Source: Camelus ferus | Lineage: Eukaryota | Assembly (NCBI RefSeq): GCF_009834535.1 | Contig: NC_045717.1 | Span: 19,592,001 to 19,656,000 of the forward strand | DNA: 64,000 nucleotides | Direction: 5' to 3' | Part shown: positions 11,385 through 27,959 of the stretch, piece after piece | How the letters are laid out: each line of letters starts with the position of its first letter | How positions within the stretch are numbered: the first letter of the stretch is position 1 | Translations under genes and position numbers: made by a program | The notes under the pieces: generated by a model | Seen by the model: the letters and a program-made list of their open reading frames with translations, nothing else | Databases searched by the model: none | What the model was told of the DNA's origin: nothing

Positions 11385-11860
11385 TACAAAAAATTAAATT
11401 AAAAGGCATAAAGTAAATATTTACAGTAGAATTTAAAATAAAATTTCCACATAAATATCTCCAATAATAGTTACAAATTTAAATGTTTTAAACAGAAATA
11501 TAAACATTTAAACGTTAAAGTTTTAAATAATTATTCAAAATTAAAATGTTAATAAAGATATTAAAATCAAACCTAAAAGCATAAAATGTTATGAACAATA
11601 CTTAAACAAATGTTTAAATATTTAAATACTTTACCGTTTTAAACAGATTTAGAATATTTAAATTAAAATATAAATACGTACGACAAAAAAATTGAAATGC
11701 TACGTGAAGGTTTTAAATAAATTTTTAAATTATTGTTTAAATTTCAAACACTTAAATTTTAAACTAAAAACTAAATGCTATTTTTAAAATACAAATTAAA
11801 GAGACGATTTTAATAAATTAACTGGTACAATAAATTTAAAATTATACGTGAAGACGTGTA
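11385..11860. repeat. Extremely AT-rich low-complexity tract abutting the GADD45GIP1 CpG island
   Basis: Near-continuous tttaaa/aaatt/atttaaa units with very few C or G. Confidence 0.8.
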
Positions 11861-12480
11861 AAAACTACACTACGCCGCGCCTTCTCCCTGCCTGGCACTG
11901 AGGCAGCCGGGAAGCCCCTCGCGGGCCCAGGCCCCCAGCAGCCCTCACGCGCAGGCAGCGCCTTGGCCAGCCCGGCCAGCCCGCGAGGACCCCGCACGGC
12001 CAAGATGGCTGCGCCCGTGCGGCAAGCGCGCGGCCTGCTCAGGCTGGCGTCGACCTTGGGCCCCGGCTCCCGCAACTACCGGGCGCCGCCGCCTCCGCGC
12101 CGCTCGCCGGGACCCTGCTGGCCGGACCCGGATGACCCGCTGACCCCGCGCTGGCAGCTGGGGCCACGCCATGTGGCTAAGCAGTTCGCGCGGCATGGCG
12201 CCGCCTCCGGGGTGGCCGCCGGTTCTCTGTGGCCGTCGCGGGAGCAGCTGCGTGAGCTGGAGGCTGAGGAGCGCGAATGGTACCCGAGCCTGGCGGCCAT
12301 GCAGGAGTCGCTGCGGGTGCAGCAGCTGGCCGAGGAGGAGAAGCGTCAAGCCAGGTGCGTGCGTGCGGTCGAGCAGGCGCGGGGCTGCAGGCCTTGGGTG
12401 GATTGTGCCCCAACAGTGCTTACTTGATCCGCCGCTTATCGCGGGGTTTCCGTGCAGTATTTATGTTCCTGCTCACCGAC
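11860..12480. promoter_or_regulatory. CpG island / promoter of GADD45GIP1
   Basis: High GC and CpG density spanning the start and exon 1. Confidence 0.8.
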
Positions 12481-14009
12481 ATGCAAAACAAGACTTATGA
12501 ATAACGGTTCATTTAGTCATTAATCAACAAATCTTTACCGAATGCCTGCTGTGTGCAAGACCTTGTCTCGGGTGCTGAGGACACAGCAGGGAACAAAGAT
12601 TATTTCATATGGCAACTGAGAGCCATTAGGTAAATAAATTGGGTGGTGAGTGCACGCCCAAAGGCACCTTTGGTTTGGTAGGCCTCAGGCCGCTCTGCGA
12701 ACTTGATGTTTAAATGTTTAAGCAGACCCCTGAATGGCCAGACATAACCATGGGAAGATCTTAGGGAGAGTATTCCTGGTTGAGGGAGCAGCTGGTGCAA
12801 AGGCCCTGAGGTATAGGAACGTGCTTTAAGGAACAGCCTGGACATCAGTGTGGCTGGGGAAGAGTTGGGGGTAATGGGGCATGGAGTCAAGGGCAAAGGT
12901 AGGACTTGGAGGCAGGTCTGAAGGATTTAGACTTGAGGGAAGAATGACGGCAAGACCAGGGACATGGACATGCCACCACTTACTGGAGGGAGGGGCAGCC
13001 AAAGTTAGGCAGGTGTGATCCTGGTGTTTGTTCCTGTCCTCACAACAGCTCTAAGAGGAACACTCTTTATAGATGAGGAGACTCATCCTGGGAGGAAGTC
13101 ACTTGTCCAGTCACCCAGGCAGTGAACAGTGGAGCTAGGATGTGACCCCTGTCTCTCATAAAGCCAGTTTTCCCAGCTGGATAACCATGACATGGGGCTT
13201 TAGTTCTTTCAGCTTCATGTTTCTAATCCTTAAAATGGGACTGTGCCTGGCACCTAAAAACTCGTAAGATTGAAGGGAAAGGTCCAACCCATTTCTTGCC
13301 TTGACTCTTGCACCTAGAACTGGGCCTGGCATACAGTGGGTGCTCAGTGACATCTGTAGGATGGAGTGAGCTGTGGGAATGGCCCCACATAATATGCAGC
13401 ACTTGAATGGCTCAGCAGACAGCTTAGGGAGATGTTGGGTTGACTTGGGGTCTACTCCTTGGGGTTACTGGGGTTTGGCTTTCTTGTGCTCAAGGTCACA
13501 CACAAGTTAGTTTCTCTCTCCTACCTCTTTCTTCACTTGTCAAGGACTTTTCTTGACAGTTTTAATGGCCACTGTTAAGTTTTTCAACTTGGAGAGGCAG
13601 GATGTGGGCAAAGGCTTGGGATGGGATGTGGATGAGGGCTGCTCTGGCTGGGAGTGGCTGCCCTCACTGACTACCCTTCTACCCCTGCAGGGAGCAGCTC
13701 ATTGAAGAGCGCATGGCCAAGATGCCACAGATGATTGAGAACTGGCGGCGGCAGCAGCAGGAGCGTAGGGAGAAGGAGCAAGCAGACAAGGAGCGGCGGG
13801 CCCGGCTGCAGGCTGAGGCCCAGGAGCGCCTGGGATACCACGTGGACCCACGGAGTGCCCGCTTCCAGGAGCTGCTGCAGGACTTGGAGAAGCAGCACCG
13901 CAAGCGCCTCAAGGAAGAGAAACAAAGGAAGAAGAAGGAGGCACGAGCTGCTGCAATGGCCGCTGCTGTAGCCGAGGACCCAGCAGCCTCTGCAACACCC
14001 AGCTCTTGA
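12005..14009 (+). CDS. GADD45GIP1: GADD45G-interacting protein 1 (CRIF1, mitoribosomal mL64), 222 aa, 2 exons
   Basis: Exons 12005-12354 and 13691-14009 (350+319=669 nt), GT-AG intron. MAAPVRQAR...[17 protein letters not shown]|[18 protein letters not shown]...ATPSS*. Confidence 0.97.
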
Positions 14010-14024
14010 GCTGTGTTCTTTCCC

Positions 14025-14030
14025 AGTAAA
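14025..14030 (+). terminator. Likely GADD45GIP1 poly(A) signal (variant AGTAAA)
   Basis: AGTAAA 16 nt after the stop codon; no AATAAA nearby on +. Confidence 0.5.
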
Positions 14031-14584
14031 ACCTGCTGCTTGATAGCCCCACCCTCAGAGAGCTGTGTCCTCTCATTATGTCCCTCCCTGGGCACCCTGG
14101 TTCTTTGCCCAACACCTGGAGCCAGGGAATCCCCCACCCTTCCCTGGCTCTGCTCACTCAGGGACACTAGGCCAGGCCGACTAACTCCGGGGCTTGGGGG
14201 GAGAGAAAGGGGGATGCAATGGGGAAATAATGGAGGAGCAGATGGCAGTGTAGAAGAAGGCTTCTGTTTACCAACATTAATCTCCAGTAATTAGCCAATT
14301 ACCAGGGGGGAAGTGTAGCCAAAACAGACTGTGGTGATGATGGTGGGGGGCAGGGAGAAGCAGCCCTTCCAAGGCTGAGCCAGGGCTGGGGCCCACTGCC
14401 TGGGAATGAGACAGCTTGGGGGGAGGGGGTGGAAACACTGGACGCCACAATTTGCAGAAGCTGACAGAGCCCTCTGTCCCTTTGTGGCATGCCTGCATCT
14501 CCTGGGCCCAACCAGCCCCCAGACCCAGACAAGCTGAAGTGGGAAGCCCCAGCAGGCACAAACCACAGGACTGGCTTTTGAAAC

Positions 14585-14590
14585 TTTATT
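14585..14590 (-). terminator. RAD23A poly(A) signal AATAAA
   Basis: tttatt on +, about 630 nt after the stop codon. Confidence 0.7.
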
Positions 14591-15215
14591 CACTTCAAAA
14601 CCTTTATCAGAGACACGGTTCTGTTCTGGGGTGGGGGGTGGCCTTGACCTCCAGAGCAACTCTGATGTTTCCCCCTCCCCAGGTGGGACAAACCAGGCTT
14701 CCTCCTCCCCAGCAAAGGGATGCAGGATGGAGGCCAAAGCCAGACCAGGGAGGGGAATCTTGGGCCTCTGAGTGCTCACCCCAGATGGAAAGATTGGGCC
14801 ACTCCAATGGAGGATCAAAGTTTACAGCTCCAGCTTCCCCTCGCCCTGGAAGAGGAGTGGGGAGGTCTCAGGGGCTCTTTGGGGGATGGGGAAGCAAGCA
14901 GCCGCCTCTCCATCTGGCTGCAGGGAGCTGGGACAGAGGCCAAGAGGGGCCCATCTGTCACCTCCAGTCCTGCCAGCTCCTTGGAGCAGGCTGGGCTGGG
15001 GCGGGGGAAAGGGGGGACAGCTGTCTGGCCCAGGTCTTCTCAGGCCAAGACAGGAATAGGGGCCACTTTAGGAGGGGGAAATTGGGGTGGGTTTTTTTTT
15101 TAGGTTTTTGATTTTTTTTTCCACTTCTTAAATAAACGTGAATATATATATATACTTTTTCTTTTATAAAACTTTTGTAGAAGGAGGGGTCGATGGGCGG
15201 CCTGGCCTCCTGGCA

Positions 15216-19234
<4,019 letters not shown>

Positions 19235-21036
19235 GGTGGGGCCCGAGCGACACGGCGGCCCCCGGATCCTCACACAACATGCAACTCACGCCGCCGCCAT
19301 CTTAGCGCCCAGCCGCGCCGCACGCAGACCGCTTCCGGGGCAGGCGGTGCGCGCGCCGACCACCGGAGCACGTGACCTGCGCGCGCCCCTCTTGTCCTTC
19401 GTGAGCGTGCGCAATTGTGGCCTCGAGCGAGGCATGCGCAGACTTAACTTTGCCCCTTGGCCGGGAGGTGGCTTCTCACTCCGCAAGCACAACCATCACG
19501 TGGCTTCCTGCGAGTGACGCCATGCCCGTCAGCGGTGACGTCATGCGGCCACAAAATGGCTCCGATGTCCCCAGTTTCGCGCCCGTAAGTTTCATTTATT
19601 TGCTGACGTTGAGCAAAATTTTCATGTACATGTATCGATACTTGTATTTCTTCCATAAAAATCTTGTGTTCATTTTTTTTGCTCGTTCCAATTGGGGCTT
19701 ATTCTGGTCTGCCCACCCTGACAGGAAGCCTGTCAAGCCCTGAAAAACCTATAAAGGATACTTGAAAGTTACCAACAATTAAAAATACAAATCCCACACA
19801 CTAAACATGTTTGGCTGTGGAAGCAGGGACACAAGGCCATCTTGTGGCCCCATTCATTCGTGAGGCAAGAGCTGGATTTTTTGAATGAATCTGCAGTTCT
19901 AATTCCTAGGTCTCCCATCTCTCTGCAGCTCCTTTCCTGACCATTTGAAGTATTTAAGGAAGATGTAACTTTCTAGTCTTCCCTACATTGAATACAAAAT
20001 TCCCTCCTTAAACTTTCGCTAGATACATCAATCCTGGAGGCTTCCCAGAAGGCTGGGGCTGGGCCACAGGCCACAGGAAGGAAGCGTGAAGTCCTATCCA
20101 AAGAACAAGAATTGAAAGGTTGGTTAGCCAAAGCAGAAGAGGGTGCTGTGGCTGACTGGATGGCGATGGGCTTACCTTCCAGTTAGTGGGTGGACTTCCC
20201 CATCCTCCAAAGTCCTCAACTGACCATGAACTTGCCTCCAAACCTGTTCTCACCATTCCCATCCAAGTAGGACTCCAGGCAGTTACCTGTCACCTCTCGT
20301 GCATTACCCAATTCTAACTTGGTCCTGCTGCTTCTCCCTTCACTGCACACCATAAGCTTCCAGAATAGGCCAGGCTTCATTGATTCTTACCTCTCCTGCA
20401 GCAAGGCACATCAGTTTCCAACTACCTACTGGACTTAAGTGGCAGCCTCATGAAACCCAATAGAGGTGGAGCCAGACCCTCTGCATTTCTGCACCTTCCC
20501 TTGAGGCCACCTTTTTCCCTTCCAAAGGTTCAAATCCCAACTTGGCCAACGAAGAACACAGGCATGCTAAATAAAATCTCTAAACCTACTTCCTTGACTA
20601 TTAAAAAAAAATCTTTTGGCTAGTACTAAGATGTTTAAAACTCTCCAATAGCTCTATGTAATCTTGTTCCTTAGTAGGTAAAAGAGGTACATATATACTA
20701 AAGCGGTTCAGTATAAAACAGTCAGTATGAGATAGTGGCTAAGGTGTGGGCTCATATCCCTGTCCCACCTCTTAAAGTCTGGACCTCAGTCTCCTCATCA
20801 AACTGGTACTAAAACCAACTCACCAGTTTTATGCAAGGACTCAAAAGAGTTAATACATGGAGTCTCTGTAACAGTACTTTTAAGTTACTCTTTCCCACTC
20901 ATTTGGGATTCTAGGGGTAAACAAGGGCCCCTGTAACCTTATGGGACATTCAGCCAACACTTTAGTGGCTGAAAAATGAGCCTCACTTAAGTCACCTCCC
21001 ACAAAAGGAGACACAGGAGGAAGACACAAAACTTAA

Positions 21037-21042
21037 TTTAAT
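21037..21042 (-). terminator. CALR poly(A) signal ATTAAA
   Basis: tttaat on +; reverse-complement context aaaatttctATTAAAttaa. Confidence 0.7.
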
Positions 21043-21604
21043 AGAAATTTTGTTTGTAGTTCTTACATTCTCAGTATGAGCCGAGCTAGAACCCGCTGCC
21101 CCACTCAGAAGTGGCCCATTTCTGGGGGCGGGGAAGAAAGCGGGGGTGGGTCAGAGCCCAGGTCCTAAGAGCCCCATTCTTCCTCAGTGCTGAAAGGCTG
21201 GGGATACCACCCTCTTCCCCTACACCCCTCTGGGATCCAGGGAAGATGAAAAGATGGAATCTTGGGCCTGGGGCTTCTCCTCCACACCATATCCCAATCT
21301 ACCCTGAGTCCCCAAGTTGGAGGGGAACTAAGGGATCTGAGGAGAGCAAGGGACAGGTGAAAATGTCAAATTAAGAAAGATGAAGGCCAGGGATGAGGGC
21401 TGAAGGAGAATCAGAGACAAAACACCAGTTAAAAAAAAAGGGGGGGATGGTGGGGGGGACAAAACCAATATCCACCCCTAATCAGAACCCGCCTGGAAAA
21501 AAAAAAAAAGTTCTCCAGTCTCATAGAGACATTATTTGGCGCGGCCTGCTCTGCAGCAGGAGCGCTCAGGCCTCAGTCCAACCCTGGAGGTGGTGGTGTG
21601 GCCC

Positions 21605-24600
21605 CTACAGCTCATCCTTGGCCTGGCCAGCGGCAGCATCTTCTTCCTCGTCCTCCTCCTTGTCATCCTCGTCCTCCTCGTCCTCCTCCTTGTCATCCTC
21701 GTCCTCCTTGTCTGCCTCCTCCTCCTCCTTGCGCTTCTTGTCCTCCTCCTCCTCCTTTAGCCTCTGCTCTTCATCCTGCTTGTCCTTCATTTGCTTTTCT
21801 GCTGCCTGTGTGCAAACCACACACCTCAGGGCCTGGACTCCCCTGCCAGCCCTGCCCACTCACCAGCCCAGGACTGGACCCTGCTCCCACCTTTGTCATG
21901 CCCCATGTCTCGTTGCCGAACTCCTCAGCATAGGCCTCATCGTTGGTGATGAGGAAGTTGTCAAAGATGGTGCCAGACTTGACCTGGATAGGGCCAGGGT
22001 GGGGGAGGGTGGAAGAGTGGTCAGAGGGGGATACCTGTTGGCCTTGGCAAGGGCTCCTGCCCATGTTCCCATAACCACTACACAATGCTGCATCTAATGC
22101 TGAGGTAAAAAACAGCCTGCCTGGGTTCAAACCCCAACTCTGCCATTTCCTGCCTATGCAATCTTAGGCTGGTGACTTCACTTCTCTGCACCTCAGTTTC
22201 TTCATCTGTAAAATGGGGTCTGACTCCCTTCTTCAGATATTTTCCCAGTACCTACTATGTGCCAGGCACCATTCGAGGTGCAGAAAGTACAGCACTGAAC
22301 AGAACAAAAATTCAGTCCCTAGATGGGTAGGGAGTTATAGCTCATTGGTACAGCATTCAATCCCCAGTGCCTCTGTTAAGGGGGACAAAAAAATTTGGTG
22401 CCTGTGAACCTAATTTTCTAATGGGGTTATCTAATTACTGTCTAGGTTGTTGGGAGCAGTTAAATGAAGTTGGTTCCCATACAGACACTTAAAAAAGTAC
22501 CAGGCACACAGTAAGTACAATTTCAATGTGGGTGCCGTAAGAACTCCATACAGATCAGGAATTTCTTCAAAAAAAAAAAAAGGCACCATTTTGGAGTCAG
22601 ATCTCTCTTGTCCCTTTCCTCTTGGGTTGACCCCGAGCACTTGAGGTCCCTTAGGGCACCTCCTCTTCCCTGTGTCTCACCTGCCAGAGATCCAGGCCCA
22701 GCACAGCGAAGTTTTCATAGGCGTAGATGTTGCTATCAGGGGAGTACTCAGGGTTGTCGATCTCTGGGTGGATCCAAGTGCCCTTGTAATCCGGGTTGTC
22801 AATCTGCCGGGGCTTCCACTCACCCTGCAAAAGGGAACTGGTGGGTGAGCGGAGGGGAGTGCATTCTCCACTGTACACCATCCTGCTCAGAGCCCCAGGC
22901 TCACCTTGTACTCTGGGTTCTGAATCACTGGTGGTTCCCACTCTCCGTCCATCTCTTCATCCCAGTCCTCAGGCTTCTTAGCATCAGGGTCAGGAATGTG
23001 CTCAGGCTTGTCCCAATCCTGAAGATACACAAGGAGGTCAGAGTTGGCCCAGTCTCCTCCGCACCCTTCATAGGGGGTAGCCCCTGCCCACAAACCAACC
23101 TCAGGTTTGGAGTCTGTAGGGTCATCGATCTTGGCTCGCTCGTCCCAGTCTTCAGGCTTTGCAGCATCGGGATCCTTTATCTTCTTGGGTGGCAAGAAGT
23201 CCCAATCATCCTCCAAGGAGCCTGACTCCACCTGGCTATTATCAATCTTCACCTCATAGGTATTATCGGGCCGCACAATCAGCGTGTACAGGTGTGTGAA
23301 TTCATCATCCTGAAGAGAGTGGAAGTTGAGCGGCCCCGCCCACCAGACCGGTCTCTGAACCTCCCCAGACAGCCATTTGTCACCACCCCCAGGCACACCT
23401 TGCAACGGATATCCTTGTTGATTAGCACGTTCTTGCCCTTGTAGTTGAAAATGACATGAACCTTCTTGGTGCCAGGGCCACAGATGTCCGGGCCTAGGTG
23501 AGGAGCAGGTCCAATCAGAGCTGGAGGCTACCTACCATTATAGGCCCCCCAGTCCCTCTAAAAAAAGAAAACTTAGTTCTTAAAATTCAGGTCTGTAAAG
23601 CTCAAAAAAGAGATGATCTTGGCTCTAAGGTACTGTAGGTAGACATTTAAAAAAAGAAAAAAATCAGTGCTCTGGAATTCACATTATCTTCACTTGTAGA
23701 ATTGGGCAACGCCTACATAAAATCGTAGAAATTACCAATCTTCAACCAATGATAAAATGCAGTAAGTTGCTGCCAACTTCAACTATTCCCTCAGCTTCCC
23801 CTCCAAAGAAAAGTCAACCCTATTTAAGTGTTTTCTGTGCCCTGAAGACCCCCTTTCAAAGGCTGTGAAGAAATTACGGGGTTTCAGATTCCCTCTAACT
23901 AATCAGAAGTCAGCACCAGGGTGGGGCCCCCTCACCAAACATTATGTTGTATTCGGAGTCTCCGTGCATGTCTGTCTGGTCCAAACCATCTGGAAATAGC
24001 TTCACATAGCCGCCCCCACAGTCGATGTTCTGCTCGTGTTTCACGGTGAACTGCACCACCAGCGTCTGACCCTTATTGCTGAAGGGCTCGAATCTGGCCG
24101 ACAGTGCGTAAAACCGGGCATCCTGGCTTGTCTGCAGCCCTAGCAAGGGATGGTAGTAAGGTCAGGGCTCGGCCACAATCCCCGGGGCACCCTAAGGATG
24201 AGAGATATAGACGACTCCCGCTTCCTCCACCTGCCCTGCTCCTAGAGATACCCAAACTGTGTGGTGGCTAGGGCTTCCTCCAGGAAGTCCTCCTGGATCT
24301 GAGCACCCAACCCTGAGCTCTTACCTTTATCTTTCTCCTGGTCACCGTAGAACTTGCCGGAACTGAGAACGAATTTTCCAAAATCCGGTTTGTGTTTGGA
24401 TTCAATCCAGCGATCGGTCCACCCGTCTAAAGGATGAAAGGGGCAGGTCAGCGTCGCCGTGTTGATTATCCCCTATCAAACGTCTACCAGGAGCCACAAA
24501 CAGGTAGGAGCAAGAAAGGAGATTCGCCCCCCACCTCGACTGCCCCCGCCCCAACCTCTAATTTGACACCTCCGTAGGCTTAAACATCCTCGGGTGAACC

Positions 24601-24884
24601 CTAATTCCCGCCGCGGAAGGCCACTTCGCCCTACACGCTCCCCAGGGACGCAGAGGGAAGGATCGCCTGCAGCTCTAGTCCCTGAAGGGCCACCGTGTTG
24701 GCCCGCTGAGCAGTAATTACAGGCGACACGCAGATATGGAATGGGGGGCCAGCCGCGTCGTTAGAACGGCCTCGAGGCGGGACTAGGCGTTACCTCCGTC
24801 CAGAAACTGCTCCTTGAAGTAAACCGTGGGTTCAACGGCGGCCAGGCTGATAAGGCCGAGCAGCAGCGGCACCGGTAGCAGCAT
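21605..24884 (-). CDS. CALR: Calreticulin, 417 aa, 9 exons
   Basis: Exons 24884-24794, 24426-24325, 24139-23936, 23493-23399, 23309-23100, 23018-22905, 22824-22681, 21983-21891, 21805-21605 (1254 nt). Signal peptide, P-domain repeats ([27 protein letters not shown]), acidic tail ending in KDEL*. Confidence 0.98.
22328..22395 (+). mobile_element. Internally deleted Vic-1-like SINE in CALR intron 7
   Basis: agggagttatagctcattggtacagcattcaatccccagtgcctct; anticodon arm missing. Confidence 0.65.
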
Positions 24885-24978
24885 GGCGGGCCGAGGAGGC
24901 GGCGGCTGGCAAGCCCTTTAAGTCACTCCTACAGCAGCTGCTCTGCAATAGGGACGGACGCTGCTGCCGGCCGCGCGC

Positions 24979-25180
24979 TTTTATACCCGACCGCCTCTCA
25001 AACCAACCTGGTCCGGCCTCTTGGCCCGCCTCCCCCACCTTAACATTGGTCTGTGCACATAGCCGTGCCTTTCCATTGGACCTTTGTCGGCTCAGCATGT
25101 TAGACTGTGCCTCGGAACGCTGGGTTCCCAGATGGCCGATTTCTATTGGCCGCAACACTGGCCAATGAAGGTCGACCACG
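24979..25180 (-). promoter_or_regulatory. CALR promoter: TATA box, CCAAT boxes and ER-stress elements
   Basis: TATAAAA (- strand) 24985-24979; CCAAT (- strand) at 25049, 25079 and 25149; exact ERSE CCAAT-gaaggtcga-CCACG at 25162-25180 (+); ERSE-like CCAAT-N9-CCATC at 25149-25131 (-). Confidence 0.85.
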
Positions 25181-26874
25181 CGTTGTGGGGGACGCCCACC
25201 GGTGGAGTGGGGGCCGGGAGCGCCTCAGGCTAGGTCATGTGACCAGACCTCGGCCCAACCCCGCCCTTGCCCGCGCGCCTCGCTAGCGATCTGGCGGTTT
25301 AAAGAACCCGCGCGAGAGCAGGTGCTACAGTGCAGAACTGCGGATCTGCTCCAGCCTCTACTCCGCTTATCCCCTCTACCAGGACGGGTAGGCAAGGTTT
25401 TCGTAGCCTTTTTCTACCCTGAATTTGGGGAACTCCTCCCACTCCGACTCTCCCCACCCACCTCCCCGCCTAGAATGGAGCAGATAGCATCCAGCCCTGG
25501 AGATTAATTTCAGCCCAGCACCAGAGCCATGCAAGCCTGCTGGGAGAGTGCCGCCTCTCCTCCGTGCGGCCCCTACTGCCTTGGCAGCCTGTCAGACTGC
25601 TGCTGTGTGACCTGGGGCAAGTCACTTAGCCACTCTGAAGTCAGGGAAGTTACTGAAAAGCCAGAAGGAGCGACCCTGGCCAGCTGCTGCCTGGCAGAGA
25701 TGCTGTTAAAGCTTTGAGAAATGTCCTGGGACAAGGAAAATGAAGCCCAGACGGCTCGAAGTTGTGGCTATAGGTTGTTTGTTCCCCTTGTTAAAGCCGC
25801 TCTTTCACCCCCCCCCCCCGCCTCCTCGGCCTGTAAATGAAAGTGGTCGCTGTCTTGTGGTCTCCCACAAACGGCCTGCTTTTGCAATTAAACGGCTGAG
25901 GATGAGAGGGCAGGGGGTTCCGTTGGGGAGGAAAAAAAAAGGGACAGATGGTCGGGAAGATAAGGTTCAAGGGAGATGGGCAGGACCCTTAAGCCTAGAG
26001 CCTTCTTCTGAAGCCAAAGGCACATGACTGACAGTGACTGACACCAGCTCTTTTCCCCTAGGCTGCAAGAAGTAGGAAGGAAAGCTGGGGGTTTCCCAAA
26101 CTGAGCACATAGGCCCTGGACCTAGGAAGTGGGAGTAAACTGCGGAAGCAGTGAAGGAGGGGGGTCCTAGACAAAGGGTGGGAAGGAAGTGCTTCCCCTC
26201 TAGGGGTGGGGACTTAGAAAAGGGAGGAATGAGGAATCCTGGAGATGCTGAGGTTCTGCCCCTTCATGAGGCAGTATCCGGTATTGCCCAACCTGGTCCA
26301 CAAGGACCCCCAAGTCTAGGATGACCACTCTAGGCCTTCCCCTGACCTTCTCGCCTTCCCTTCTTTCCACCATGTGTCATGGACACACAGGCTTGGTGCT
26401 TCCTGCCCACAGGTACATACTATACCTGTCTTGTTCACCCCACCATGCCCCAGTGTCTCCTGCAGCACCTGGCACAGAACAAGCTTAAAACCTACTTGAT
26501 GTGTGACAGAAGGAAGGAAAAAAAGACTCCTGTGGGAAATACATAACAAACAAAAATGAGGAAAGTGCTTTGAAACTAAGAGGAGACTCTGAGGGATGTA
26601 TTCTGAATTTTTATCAGAACTTCACTGTAGACCTAGGATCAGGGATATTAGTAACCCCATTTTCCAGGCTTAAACAACAATTGTGATGGCTAATGAGTAA
26701 ATGTTTACTGCTTGGAATAGCACCCATCACACAGTCCACATTCCATTCAGTATCAGCAAATATGATGTACATGTGTGGGCACTATTTCTCTTAATTCCCA
26801 CAATAACCTGGGCTTGCAGACATTTCCATCCAAGTGAGAAAGCTGAGGCACAGAAAGAATTTGAAAACTTAGTA

Positions 26875-27060
26875 TGAAAAAGGATGTATACTATTTCACT
26901 AGTACTTTTATATTGAGTGTTGAAACAATAATTTGGACATTTTAGGTTCTGTAAATTCTCAAATTAATTTCACCCACTTTGTTTTTAACATTGCTACTAG
27001 AAAGTGTAAAATTACATTTTTATCTCAAATAATATTTATATGGGACAGCACTGATCTATA
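26875..27060. mobile_element. MER33/MER3-type hAT remnant
   Basis: ttgctactagaaagtgtaaaattacat...tatgggacagcactgatcta resembles the MER3/MER33 end. Confidence 0.5.
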
Positions 27061-27508
27061 CTATGAGTTATATACCTGACATTGAGATTCCCAAAGCATG
27101 AGGATGAGGGGAGAAGTCAGGCTCTGGGGTATTTATAATTTCTGACACCATCTCCACCAGCTCCTTACAGTAGCTTGGGCAAGGCATATCATGCTCTAGG
27201 CCTCTATTTTCACATCCGTGAAATGGAAATTATATCACTATCTACGTCATATACTTCTGGGGAAAATAAAATAACACACCTGAAGAACTTAGCACTGGGC
27301 TGGCTGGGCACACTGGAGAATGTCCATAGAGGTTGGCTGCTACTTCGACTGTAACTATTATTAAGTGAGTACTTTTCCCGTATGTAAATAGAGTTGGGTC
27401 CCTACCCAGCCTCCCTTTGAAAATTTTAAAGTAGTTGACATTAGCAGAATGACTATCTCTGGAGCCCACCACCCACAGCCTTCCTGTGGGGTAAAAAAGA
27501 ATCCTCGA

Positions 27509-27600
27509 GTGGGGTGGGAAGGGACAGACTGGGATTTCAAAGTTTGTAGATACCGACAGGCATATGCAAAATAGGAAAACAAGATTATACTGTATAGCAC

Positions 27601-27635
<35 letters not shown>

Positions 27636-27779
27636 CTTGTGGTAGTTCACAGCAAAAAAAAAAGTGACAATGAATATATGTATGTCCATGTATAACTGAA
27701 AAATTGTGCTCTACACTGGAATTTGACACAACATTGTAAAAGGACTACAACTCAAGAAAAAAAATGTAAAAAGAAAAAA
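27509..27779 (+). mobile_element. Short 5'-truncated L1 3' end with TSD and (TA)n microsatellite
   Basis: ctgtatagcacaggga (same 3'UTR motif as 9490-9505); (at)n 27605-27632; A-tail; TSD aatcctcga at 27500-27508 and 27780-27788. Confidence 0.8.
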
Positions 27780-27959
27780 AATCCTCGAAGGGTGACTACT
27801 CTGGTCCAAAGAGGGGGAAGTCTAAGGTCACACAGCCCGCTGCAGGCGGGGTAGGTGAAGTTTAAAACAATGCTGTGAGTCTGTCCTTGATGGCATTAAT
27901 TTGACCTCTCTGGTCAACCAGACACCACCAGTCCAGCTAGGACTGGGTCCTTAACTCGC

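Noticed and set aside
11963-12004. Upstream TTG start for GADD45GIP1
   Set aside because: ORF-finder extension; the ATG at 12005 gives the expected 222 aa.
14416-15111. 231-aa ORF as a novel gene
   Set aside because: Antisense to the GC-rich RAD23A 3'UTR, TTG start, low-complexity composition, no recognisable domain.
21393-22097. 234-aa poly-Ser ORF
   Set aside because: Antisense shadow of the CALR acidic tail.
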